Shown: positions 27,181 to 39,118, numbered from the stretch's first letter. The stretch is DNA of 64,000 bases from Octopus sinensis (GCF_006345805.1 NC_042998.1:133114001-133178000); one strand, 5' to 3'. A program made the numbers and translations. Notes: generated from the letters alone by a model not told the origin.

Positions 27181-27454
27181 CCGATATGGGCAGCCCGCCA
27201 AGGGAAATCTAAGCCAAGCGCATTAGATCCCCTGGAAGAAAGCTTCGAATGTATACAACACGAGGACGGAAAACGAACGAAGTACATATATATATATATA
27301 TATATACATACTTACATATATATGTGTGTGTGGTGTGCGTGTGCGTGCGCCCGCGCGTGTGACTTTGTATTTGCATTTGTCCCACTTCACCGCTTGACAA
27401 CCGTTGATGGTTTGTTCACACCCCTGTTCGGCAAAAGAGATCGGCATCATAAGT

Positions 27455-27507
<53 letters not shown>

Positions 27508-27740
27508 TGCCTCATTTATTCTCACTCTATACCTATTTGCTTATGTTTATCGTATTTGTCGTTTATGTTTGTAATGTATGTTTTCAATCTTAAAACATGG
27601 CTTCGTTCATTTTCCTTGAAACTGGGAGTTTTCCAGGCAAGTGATATCAAGCTTTTCTTGTTTTTGTTACTGATGAAGAACAACAAGAATTATAATAATA
27701 ATGATAATAATAATAGTAATATAATAATAATAATAATAAT

Positions 27741-27985
27741 AATCGGAGTATTGGGTTCAGTACCACCCAACCTGAAAAAGAAAGCAACTCTAGAAATACC
27801 CTAAATCTAGATGTATTGCAAAAGATCGGCATTACTTGGAACAGCACCTATATTGTGCAAAGTACTGTCTGTCTGAAGTCCTTGTTGTGACTTGACAAAC
27901 ATTATAAACCCCCGGTAGACACAATATTTTCAATCAACAACATCACGATATTGTATACTGTGTGACATCTTAAACAATAATAATA
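27741..27985 (+). mobile_element. Extreme 3' end of an R4/Dong-like RLE LINE between (AAT)n tracts
   Basis: Broken frames read IGVLGSVPPNLKKK and resemble the LQKxALLGTAxILxKVL C-terminus of R4/Dong ORFs. A 3' UTR follows and ends in AATAATAAT. Confidence 0.7.
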
Positions 27986-28049
27986 GTAACGGAATTAACA
28001 ACAGGGAATCAAATATTAGGAGAGGTGAAAATTAAGAGAGGAATCTTCC

Positions 28050-28420
28050 AGGCCTGAAATTTGGAGCGAGATGACTAGTCGATTACATCGACTCCAGAGA
28101 TTCACTGATACTTAATTTATCGACTTCGAAAGGATGAAAAGTAAAGTCAACCTCGGCAGAATTTGAACTCAACGTAGCGACAGGAATTCTGCTAAGCATT
28201 TCGTCCAGCGTGCTAATGATTCTGCCAGCTCACCACCTTAATAGCAACAATCCTTTCTACTGGAAGCACAAAGCCTTAAATTTGTGAGGTGGGGACTAGT
28301 CGATTATATCGACCCCGAAGGATGAAAGGCAAAGTCATTGTCGGCGGAATTTGAACTCAGTGTTAAGACGGGCGAAATACCGCTAAGCATTTCGCTCAGC
28401 ATGCAAACGATTCTGCCAGC
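28050..28420 (-). mobile_element. Two tandem SINE family A copies
   Basis: Two family A reverse complements at about 28050-28240 and 28253-28420. Confidence 0.85.
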
Positions 28421-30195
28421 GATTGTTCATATCAAATACTGCATCTGTAATATCTATGTATTTCAGACATGAACGACTGGTCCTTTAATTATTTGTATGA
28501 ATTGAGGACTGCATAAAGTGTATCCTGTCATTTTGAAGGCGACAGGGTGCTGTTTGAGAGAGATTTCGTTGATATTTCTAACTCTTCCGCTGACTCCTGT
28601 AGTTTAGCTATTCTTAATGGTGCTATGGTTAATGCTACTTCGATTCGAGATTAACCCTGATAGAAGAAACCTCTAATTCAAGGCATTGCGGCCATGGGTA
28701 TTCAGTCTTTCGAGGAGTACAGAGAATTTATATTTCCATCTTGCTTTTGACAAGATGACATCAAGGGATTTTAGTGGGTTTGCCTGCTATTTCCATGTGA
28801 CTATTCAGTGACTTCCTCGTGATGTTTTTTCTTTTTTTTTTTTCGGCAATACTGGACTTTATGCTTGTGGTAATGATCGTCTCTTCTACATTATTTCGTA
28901 TAGTGCTTAGTCTCAAGCTGCGAGTGCCTTCCGCTGATTCCGCTGCTTTCAGGATCTCCCCCCACCCAATAGAGAATAAACCACGGTGAATTCCCGCTAC
29001 CTACTTCAGATCCACAGACGAAATAAATTTCAGCACTGTAATCTAATCAAATACTCTATAAGAGGTCACTATAACTCACAGTGGCTGATCATTGCTTATC
29101 TCTAATATCTACTCCCACGTGGCTTGAAATCATACAATGGAAGGTTATTATCTCAGTGATGAACACAAGTGTTAATAGAGGAAGAGGAATCATATTTTCT
29201 CAACGTACTATACAAAAACAGTATACATATACTTTAGTCTATTATGTTTTATGTACAAGAATGGTTAAAAGTTCGTAGCAACGCTGAATTTGCGACACGA
29301 TTTCAGTTCTTTAATGAACAAATACTTTACTTCACATGTTATATCTGCTATTAACTGTGTTCTCAAACTTCACTTTTCTTGTTTTTGTTACTGATGAAGA
29401 ACAACAAGAATTATAATAATAATGATGATAATAATAATAGTCTGGAGACTTGTAGTCTGGAGAGAAATACGTCTAAGAGAATACAAGCTCTACTGAGTTG
29501 TTTTCAGTTTAATAACACACTTTAACTAAATTGTTCAAAATATCTGACATAAATTACGCGACAATATTCTTATAACTCAGTGTCTTATTTTGTGTCATAG
29601 TTGGTAATGGAATCGGTTAATTAACAAAATAGAAAGCAACATAACAAAACGTTTGACAATCTCAAGGCTAATGAGTTCATTGTGAAAGATCTCATCTATA
29701 AGAACGTGTGTTCTTATAATTGAGACTTTTGATAATGAACTGTTTGTTGTCTTTTTTCCACGCAAGAATTTGAACACGTCACTTTTTATCAACAAAATAC
29801 TATTAGTGCTCACTGTACATACGTATAATTTTAATTTCATATGATTACAGGCGGATGCAGTTTAGTAGCAAAATATGTTATTCTGTCTATTAACAATTAT
29901 CACTTAAATTTTACTTAGTAAATCCTTTTATTACTTATTTTTTACCTTGTATATCCCAAATTAATAATTATTTGCCACAATCTTTTAAAAACCACTACCT
30001 TGTTTCGAGTCTAGAAAAAATTATATTTGTTATCACACTAAATCTTAGGTAAATGTCACTGATAAATTTGCTATCTATCTAGCTTTTTATAGGTGAATTA
30101 TTATCTAATATAACAAGCCAACAAAGTCGAAAACAACGTATACTTGTTACTTTATTTTTTACTGAAGAGTCAACGAATCGTACTTAAAATATTAG

Positions 30196-30406
30196 TTTCA
30201 AATTTTGTCACAAGGCCAACAGTTTCACTGGAAACGGTGAAGTCGATCAGATCGACCACAAAGCTCAAGTAGTACTTATTTCATCGACTATGAAAGGATG
30301 AAAGGTGAAGTCGACCTTGGCGGAATTTGAGCTCAGAACACAAAGATGGACGATATGTTGCTGAGCATTCTACCCGGCATGCTAACAATTCTGTCAGCTC
30401 GTCGCC
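30196..30406 (-). mobile_element. SINE family A copy
   Basis: gtcgaccttggcggaatttgagctcagaac..gctaacaattctgtcagctcgtcgcc. Confidence 0.85.
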
Positions 30407-30706
30407 GTAACGGGATTCAGAATATTGGAAGCGAATCACACACACACACACACATATAAAGTGAATTATATGACGAAACGTTCATGCTCGGTATTAAAAT
30501 CATACGTGGTTTAAACAAAACACTATCTAAAGTGTAACTACCAATTAAGTGAAGTAGTTCATATGCATTGAGACACCTGAAATATGCTTAGTAATCTTTT
30601 TGACATCCCTCGGCCCTGGACTTTATTTATAGTCTAGTATGGAAGTAGATATTGGTGTAACTTTCATTCAAGTATTTCATTTGATTTAGTAATATTGGCG
30701 GCACCT

Positions 30707-31090
30707 AAAGGCGGCGAGCTGGCAGAAACGTTAGCACGCCGGGCGAAATGCTTAACGGTGTTTCATTTGAGTTCAAATTCCGCCGAGGTCGACTTTGCCT
30801 TTCATCCTTTCGGGGTCGATAAATTAAGTACCAGTTACGCACTGGGGTAGATATAATCGACTTAATCTGTTTGTCTGTCTTTGTTTGTCCTCTCTGTGTT
30901 TAGCCACTTGTGGGTAGTAAAGAAATAGGTATTTCGGCTGTCTTTACGTTGTGAGTTCAAATTCCGCTGAGGTCGACTTTGCCTTTCATCCTTTCGGGGT
31001 CGATAAATTAAGTACCAGCTGCGTACTGGTTAGATCTAATCAACTGGCCCCTCCCCAAATATTTCAGGCTTAGTGCCTAGAGTAGAAAAG
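30707..31090 (+). mobile_element. Dimeric SINE family A insertion with a 16-bp target-site duplication
   Basis: A full head with tail type 2 is followed by a truncated copy with tail type 1. Flanks are AATATTGGCGGCACCT (30691-30706) and AATATTGGCGGTACCT (31091-31106). Confidence 0.82.
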
Positions 31091-31552
31091 AATATTGGCG
31101 GTACCTGTCTTATTCCTGGAATATTGATCGCTATAGAATCATCAGCTTTTGACAAGTTGCTCTATAATGTTGTTGTGTTCCTCCCAGCAAAATTATAGAA
31201 CAAGCCATCTTCATTGAGAAATCTTAGAGTGGAATAGAGGATCAACAAGTCTATAATCTTGATAGGGTATTATAAGTAAAAATTAAGCAAAAAATTATTC
31301 TCGAGTAGCTATCGAAACCAGAAATCAGGTTTGATTCGTGGAAAATCCGCAAATTGGTTGCCGAACCTCATTTCTTGCACGACTCTACTGTTGATTTTAA
31401 TTAACGAACTATAATCACGAAACACACTACCGTAGACATCGAAATGTTTATTTAACCAACGTGAATTCAGTTCTTTATTAAGGGGTACAATCTTGATTTA
31501 ACTTCACCTTTCAAACTACTTGTGGCCAGATTCGGTTGACATTTATATATAC

Positions 31553-31584
<32 letters not shown>

Positions 31585-31587
<3 letters not shown>

Positions 31588-31759
31588 CGCAATATACATA
31601 CATACGAATACATACACATATTCATATATGTATAGTTTGCAGAACATCACGATTGACTTGACCCCAATTCAAAATGGGTCATTCGAAGTCGACCATTAAA
31701 CCGGGTTGATTATGTAGACTTTTTCTCTCTCTTGTTCTCTCTCTCTCTCTCTCTGTATA

Positions 31760-31794
<35 letters not shown>

Positions 31795-31971
31795 ATATAT
31801 ATACGCAATATACATACATACGAATACATACACATATTCATATATGTATAGTTTGCAGAACATCACGATTGACTTGACCCCAATTCAAAATGGGTCATTC
31901 GAAGTCGACCATTAAACCGGGTTGATTATGTAGACTTTTTCTCTCTCTTGTTCTCTCTCTCTCTCTCTCTC

Positions 31972-31980
<9 letters not shown>
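31585..31980. repeat. Tandem duplication, 216-bp period, bounded by (TA)n
   Basis: CGCAATATACATAC.. begins at 31588 and 31804. The unique parts match; the (CT)n lengths differ. Confidence 0.92.
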
Positions 31981-32012
<32 letters not shown>

Positions 32013-32454
32013 GAATATCGAGTTGCGTGTATGCATACATGTATAAATGTATGCATGCTTATGAGTGTGTGTGTGTGTGCAAAAAAGGGAAACGTGTTAG
32101 TGCATAGAAATTCCTGAGAAATATCCGATAATAAAATTAGAGGGTTATCAGGTTTTATTCAAACTATCGGTTCTTCGAGTAGTAGAAATGGAATTTTTTT
32201 TTTAAATAGTTTTTTATAGATTTAATCTGATATAATGTACATAAGAGACAATATTTTAGAGAATAATTCGAAATTATGATTCCAAACGAAAAGTGAAACC
32301 TGGAAATAGGAATTTCGAAAGCAGGTTATTAAAAAAAAAAGCAGAAGATTAAAATAAGATGAGAAAAAGGAAATAAAAAAATATTTCGAAGAATCATATC
32401 AAATAATAATTGAAAAATTTAAATTGTAAAAACGTATATCAAAAAAATAAATAT

Positions 32455-32863
32455 GAACTCTTTTATTCACTTACTTCTTTTTGTCATTTGACCGCGGCCA
32501 TGCTGGAGCACTGCATTAGTCGAACAAATCGACCCAAGGACTTATTCATTTCTACTCTAGGCACAAGGCCCAAAAACTTGGGGGGGGGAGGGAGCCTGTC
32601 GATTAGATCGATCCCAGGACGCAACTGGTACTTAATTTATCGACCTCGAAAGGATGAAAGGTAAAGTCGACCTCAGCAGAATTTGAACTCAGAACGTAGA
32701 GACGTGCTAACGATTCTGCCAGCCCACGGTCTTACCTACCAGAACTTATTCTGTGAGGCTAGTACTTAATCTAATGGTCTCTTTTGCCGAACAGCTAAGC
32801 TACGGGGACGCAAACACACCAGCATCGGTTGTCAAGCGATGGTGGTGGGACAAACACAAATAC

Positions 32864-32941
<78 letters not shown>

Positions 32942-33092
32942 TGACGAAGGAGTTCTTTCAGTTTCCGTCTACCAAATCCACTCTTAAGGCTTTGGTCGGC
33001 CCGAGGCTATAGTAGAAGACACTGGCCCAAAGTGCCCCGCAGTGGGACTGAACCTGGAACAATGTTGTTGGGAAGCAAGCTTCTTACCACAT
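32455..33092 (-). mobile_element. SINE family B interrupted by a nested SINE family A copy (32548-32733)
   Basis: The family B 3' and 5' halves flank a family A copy. G(G/A)ACTTATTC is duplicated at 32538-32547 and 32742-32751. Confidence 0.8.
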
Positions 33093-33249
33093 TTTCACGA
33101 ATTTTTATACACTAACATACTTCCTCTTTCTGCACATACACACACACGCCTGCATACATTTATACATGTATGCAGAGACGCACCTCGATATTCAAATGAT
33201 TAAAAAGTGGAAGAAAGAGAAAATAATGTTACTTCAAAATTGTGGCAGA

Positions 33250-33680
33250 AGGCCTGAAATTTTGGGAGATGGGTAAGTCTATCACGTCGATCTCAGTACG
33301 CAACTGGTACTTATTTTATCGAGTAGCCTGAAAAAATGAATGGCAAAGTCAACTTCGAAGGACTTTCACTCAACGTAAAGTGCCGGAAGAAATGCTGTTC
33401 TGCATTTTGTCCGATGTACTATAGATTCTGTCGGCTCACTGTCTTCATAAAAGCATTTTGGATACTACAAATGTTGCTGTTGTTAAGGTGGTGAACTCAG
33501 TAGAATTGTTAGCGCGTCGGAAAAAATGCTTAGCAGATTTTCTCCTTTAAGTTCCGAGTACAAATTCTGCCACGGTCAGCTTTAGACTTTCATCCCTACA
33601 GGGTCGATAAAATAACGTACCAGTGAAGTTCTGAGGTAATCAACTTGTCCTTTCCCATCAAAGTCTTGTGTCAAAAATGA
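33250..33680. mobile_element. Head-to-head pair of diverged SINE family A copies
   Basis: Minus copy at about 33250-33445 and plus copy at about 33485-33680. Confidence 0.7.
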
Positions 33681-34190
33681 AAAAATAATTATTGTTCTTC
33701 TTGTTGCTGATAATAGTGGTGGTGGCGAGGTAGTTGCAGCTAATTTTATTATATTTTGAAGTTTGTCTCACTAACTGACGCCTGTCAGTTTCTTTCTAAC
33801 TCATTGTCGACTCTCCTTTCTAAGGGTGTGTAACTCACCTCTTCTGACAATGCAGTAATCCATCAAATATGACTGTGAAATGAAACAGAATGTTAACTGT
33901 GCTGGTATCATGTTACCAGACATTACACATTACTATTGTTAATTCTATATTGATGTTTACAAATGTCATAAGAGCAGGTAAATTTATTAATTAATAACAC
34001 TCTAGGGGGTTTTCGTAGTTTCAGAAATAACTGGTTAGTGCAAAAGGTAGAGTAAAGAGCCCAATGTCTGACGCTTTACGACAAAGAGGATGGTTAGTCT
34101 CAAGTTTCTTAGTTCAAATGGTACCGGTGTCCACTCTACTTCTCATCCTGTCAGAGAATTGATTGCATAAATAGCAATAAAGTACATTAA

Positions 34191-34240
<50 letters not shown>

Positions 34241-34747
34241 TGTGTGTTGCTGTATGTTTGTGTGTATGAACGTTGGTGAGTCTATGAAGGAACATCTCAG
34301 ATATATGAAAGATCTCATACAATATGCGCACACTGGCAAAGATATCCACTCGATCTCGTTCCTTTTAATCACACATACGCACATACGCACATACACACAC
34401 TCTCTTTGTCTCTCTCTCTCTCTCTCTCGTAATCTCTCAGAATTTCTTTCTTACACACGTACATACTCTCTCACTCACTCTCACACATTTTATCTCTCTC
34501 TTTCTTTCTTTCTTCCTTTCTTTCTCTCTCACTCTCTCTCTCTCTGTCATAAATGAAGAACAAAGAAAGGCAAAGAGTGCGCACGTCAAGGGTGTTGTAT
34601 GTCGAAGTTCTGATCAAACTATTAAATTAGTTAATTGGGTGAAACCATGCATGCATCTGACTAAAGGCTCCATAGCAGTGGTTCTTGATATTTTTAAATA
34701 TCCTAGCCAAATCCAAAACCTGGATGTTTTTAGGGGCCCCGTACCAA

Positions 34748-34798
<51 letters not shown>

Positions 34799-34879
34799 TA
34801 GATAGATAGATAGATAGATAGAAATGAGTGCGTATCTGTGTGTATGTGTTTGATAGCATGGGAATTGGAATGAGGGTAA

Positions 34880-35470
34880 TAAGTAATATTAAAAAGTTCA
34901 CGATTTGTTCTGTAGCGAGCCAACAGATGGCACCACACGGCTGCCTGCGCAGCAGTGAGAACTAGTAATGACCTTCATGAGGCACTGTGCTGAGTGACAT
35001 TGCTGTGTTTACTTCGCAAGTTGGGAAATTTGTGATGAGTTTGAGGGAGGACATTCGGCGAAAACGATCGGATCATTGGAGCGCGAAGAATTAGTTTCTT
35101 CACCGAGCTCTCCTCATTCGTGATTTTTTCGCCAAAAACAATATGGTGTCACATCCACACACACACCTTGTTCACCAGAGTTAGCACCTGCGATCTTCCA
35201 TCTCTTCTCCAAAATGAAAATGCAGCTCAAAGGTCGCCGTTTTAATACGGCTGTCGAGATCCCGAGCGAATCGCAGAAGGTCTTCGACTCGCTTACGGAA
35301 AACGACTTCCAAGCCGAACTCCCAAAGGGGCAGGAACGCTGGGACCGGTGTATGACCGGTGTATTGCTGCACAAGGTGACTCTTTCGAAGGAGATGATAT
35401 TAAAATTTAAGTAAATAAGTTATTTTTTTATTAAGCATTACTAATCAGGGAACCTTTTGATACCACCTCG
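34880..35470 (+). mobile_element. Internally deleted mariner element
   Basis: C-terminal transposase remnant LREDIRRKR..CSPELAP..FHLFSKMKMQLKGRRFNT..QERWDRC..AQGDSFEG. The right TIR reads TACGAGGTGGTATCAAAAGGTTCC on the minus strand; the left TIR is degenerate. Confidence 0.85.
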
Positions 35471-35897
35471 TACATGTAAATTTGTATATAAACTATACAC
35501 GTATACACATGTGCACTCAGACAGACACACACACACACGCACGCATACGCATACTCGTGCGTTCGTTTTCTGTGTACGTGTTTACGTTTCAATTCAAACA
35601 CAAACTTCACTTACTAACGAGCATAACCTCTTAGTGATTATCATGCTGTTTCTAACCTCTTTTTAGGTGTCTACATAATCGTGAACGTACTAGCGACTCC
35701 CTCATTTATTCCAGTTTTGACTCGAGGAAATACCGAGCTTGTGACAGCGGAAGTGAAAAAGGACTACACCAGTTGTAGGTATTCATTATGAGTTGAGTAG
35801 ACAGGAGTAGCGAGAAATGAAGTATCTTGCCTAAGCACGCAATGCAATATCCATGAAACGCTAACTAGTCTGCAGTTCTTAACTGTGTGTGTGTGTT

Positions 35898-35944
<47 letters not shown>

Positions 35945-36912
35945 GTGTGTTATATTTGTATGTATACATGCGTGCATGTTTGTATGTATGGATGTCAATA
36001 TTCAGTTTTATTTGAAGATTTTACCAATAGAGAAAAAGCCGGTTTCTAACCTAGATCCAAGGCTCCTTCATTAGAATTTCAACACCAACAACAAGGTATA
36101 TTTGCATGTATGTATATATGTATTAATGTATGTATGTATTAATGTATGTATGTACGTATACGTACAGATTTCTATGATTTGTTTTATGTGTCTTCTCATG
36201 CATATACTTGCCTATCTAGAATGCTCATATATACTTAAATGATAGTTATGTTTGTATGTATGTATGTATGTATGTATGTATGTATTATGTATCTGTAAAT
36301 GTGTGTTGCACTTAGATGTCTGTGTGTATGACTGGCTCCAATGTTTATTGACACCTTACATTCGATTCATATGACAATAGCAAAGCAAATAATTGCTTCT
36401 CGCTGCGTATTATTTACTGAGCTTATAACACGGAGAACATTTCAAAGCAAAAGTAAAAATACTTTATTATTTAGGAATTAATTCATATACTCATAGTTTT
36501 GTACTTAATTTACTTCATAATTATACTAGGTAATTTATTTTGACTAATGGCTAATATACAAATAGATAGAATTCGTTGTAACTTTAGAAGACAATTATGT
36601 AAGTAAAATGATATTTCATAAGTAGAATACCAATGAACTAATGTATAATCATATAAGTGTTAAACGTAAAATAAAAATATTTGACGAAGACATATATTTG
36701 TCGGCGTGTGCCAGAGAAAACTCATTATGCGTTTCGTTGCTGCTTCGAAATTTCCTTAGAAAGAGTGTATCCCCTGAACGATCCCCATGTAATAGTGAAA
36801 AAATCCCTAAGTAATTGAACGAAATCATAAATTAACTTGGAAGGGCATATATATGCTTGTTTTATACGAGTAAGAGAATATTTGACAGTTGTCTGTGGTT
36901 TTCTTAAAACTG

Positions 36913-36957
<45 letters not shown>

Positions 36958-38056
36958 GTACATCCACAAAAATGATATGTAGATAATAATAACCATTAAA
37001 GCTTATATGTCTGTTTTGTATTTGGTTTGCAAAACTCATGATATGAATACGAGCGTTGAAACAGATTTTGTTGTATCTAGAGACGGTCGATATGCCAATA
37101 ATAAACATACGCACTGCTCTTTTTTTACTTCTTTTAATATTATTAGGTAATTTGTTAATTTTGAACCAAACAATTAATTTATTGGTTGATTAAACTTTCA
37201 GTCAATCTCAGTGATCTAAAGCTATTTCGTCCATTCGTAACTATGGCAATGAAAATCTTCCCAGTTTTGCTTCAGGTCAGACTCCCTGTCTTCTTATATA
37301 TTATGTGTGTCCAAATACATGAATGGACGGGCGTGCGCATCCCCATCCCCACACTAGTGTATGGTTTAGTTCACTAACTTAGCAATTATCCTTAATAATC
37401 CGGTCAGTTAGAGAGTGTTTCGCTTTCAAGATAGAGCCTCCAAATAAAGGTATGTTCTTTCTTTTTTTCAGCCCTATCTCAAAACTCATCGCAATGAGAT
37501 AAAATCAAAAGATTTCCAGTTTTAAACATATCTACCAAACAATAATTTCCCTTCAAGCAAAGTGCACCAAGGACTTTGTTATCTAATGTTTTCCCTTTTA
37601 AAATAACGGGATATGATTCGATGGTTATTCAGCTTCTATTTCTAGCAGCTCGAACAACCATGTAAAAGTGTACTATATTGGTTTGTTTTCAGTAATAACG
37701 TTTTCCTGCAAATATCAATTATAAATATAATTGTTTATCTTCTAATTATAAATTTGCTTCTACATACATACTTTATAAATAAATGTACTCATATCTGTGT
37801 GCGCGCGCGCGTGTGTCTGTGTGTGTGTGTGTGTCTGTGTGTGTGTGTGTGTGTGCGCGCGTACGTGTGTGTGTGTATGTATGTTTGTATTTTTGTCTGT
37901 ATACTCGTTTTATCAGAAAGTCGAGTTCTTTGTTTCCTTCGTAGAGTTTAAGTTCGCATGCAGTCAATGCTGCGTTTCTACACCTGGTCTGCACGGTTCA
38001 CAAATATATTCATCAGCATCAATGTTGAAATTGAATACTTGCATATTTTGGGTTTA

Positions 38057-38144
<88 letters not shown>

Positions 38145-38275
38145 TTAGCAATTAAGGACAACCACTTAATAAGGAAAACTTAACAAGAAATTGTCAGGTA
38201 GATAGCGTGAAAACCTCATAAGAGAAAAAATTTCGAAAATAATTATTTCTTATTGAACATATTAATTTATATATA

Positions 38276-38749
38276 GAGGGCATTATACTTACATGCCAGA
38301 GGGCATTATACATACATGCCACACGCTAAGAGGGACAATTAGTCATTTCTACCAAAAATATTACTAATCCCACCGAATGCAATTTTTCAAAGTAAGACAT
38401 TTAAAAAATATAGACCTGTATCACAGTGATTTCATACTTACGTATTCATCAGCAGGCCTGGATGTATCATACATAAACGACCCTGCCTCGCTTAAGCCGA
38501 TCAGCTAACTGATCAACATCAACGAAGCACATGGGTGAGTTTACATATATTACATCCGGTAAATGGCAGACTTTTACGAATACGTAAGTATGAAATCACT
38601 GTGATACAGGTCTATATTTTTTAAATGTCTTACTTTGAAAAATTGCATTCGGTGGGATTAGTAATATTTTTGGTAGAAATGACTAATTGTCCCTCTTAGC
38701 GTGTGGCATGTATGTATAATGCCCTCTGGCATGTATGTATAATGCCCTC
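38276..38749. mobile_element. Foldback/MITE-like element with 172-bp near-perfect inverted repeats
   Basis: 38276-38447 is the reverse complement of 38578-38749 with 1 mismatch. The spacer is 130 bp. Each arm begins with two copies of a 23-bp unit. Confidence 0.88.
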
Positions 38750-38761
38750 TCTATATAAATT

Positions 38762-38817
<56 letters not shown>

Positions 38818-38819
<2 letters not shown>

Positions 38820-38948
38820 GTGGCGTTTCCTACTGTACTCTTTCGCCACAAATTTCTCTTACTCTTTCTTCTGTTGGCCTGCTCGCTTAGCCAGCGGGGT
38901 GGCGTCATTTGAAGGCTAAAACAATGCGAAGCGCATTGTGACCAGCGA
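38818..38948 (+). mobile_element. Partial SINE family C copy
   Basis: Nearly identical to about 57965-58079 (..CTGTTGGCCTGCTC(G/A)CTTAGCCAGCGGGGTGGCGTCATTTGAAGG..). Confidence 0.85.
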
Positions 38949-38965
38949 GGACGTGGAACAAGTAT

Positions 38966-39118
38966 ATTATTATTGGACGCTCAGGAAAGAAGGAAAGAAG
39001 AAGGGTTTAACGTTTCGAGCGGAGCTCTTCGTCAGAAACATATGAAAAGGAAAGATCCAAAGAAGGGAAGACGGAGGGAAGAAAATCGCCAACGGTACAC
39101 ACGCGGTCACATTTTGAA
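38966..39118 (-). mobile_element. Penelope-like terminal-repeat fragment carrying a hammerhead
   Basis: Pyrimidine-rich minus-strand segment containing a PLE-type minimal hammerhead and ending in AATAATAAT. PLE origin is inferred from the ribozyme style. Confidence 0.6.
39005..39039 (-). ncRNA. Minimal type I hammerhead ribozyme
   Basis: GUUU-CUGACGA-A-GAGC-UCC-GCUC-GAAA-CG-UU-AAAC. Stem I is GUUU/AAAC, stem II is GAGC/GCUC, stem III is the palindromic ACGU, and the cleavage triplet is GUU. Confidence 0.8.

Larger units (their letters stand above)
26241..27286 (-). mobile_element. Non-coding element with 263-bp direct terminal repeats (retrozyme-like or Penelope pLTR-like)
   Basis: 26241-26503 and 27024-27286 are identical except at 2 positions, with a 783-bp period. 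(TA)n flanks both sides. No credible ORF. Minus orientation is inferred from the hammerhead-like core. Confidence 0.8.

Noticed and set aside
27124-27286. Reading CUGAUGA-CU-GAGGGCUUC-GAAUGUC as a canonical type I hammerhead in the repeat
   Set aside because: It has GAAU instead of GAAA and no downstream stem I partner; only the upstream UH and GAAA strands pair.
27669-27695. Other CTGATGA hits (for example near 4352, 13052, 20648, 27670, 42182, 55006)
   Set aside because: No stem II plus GAAA plus UH arrangement was found around them.
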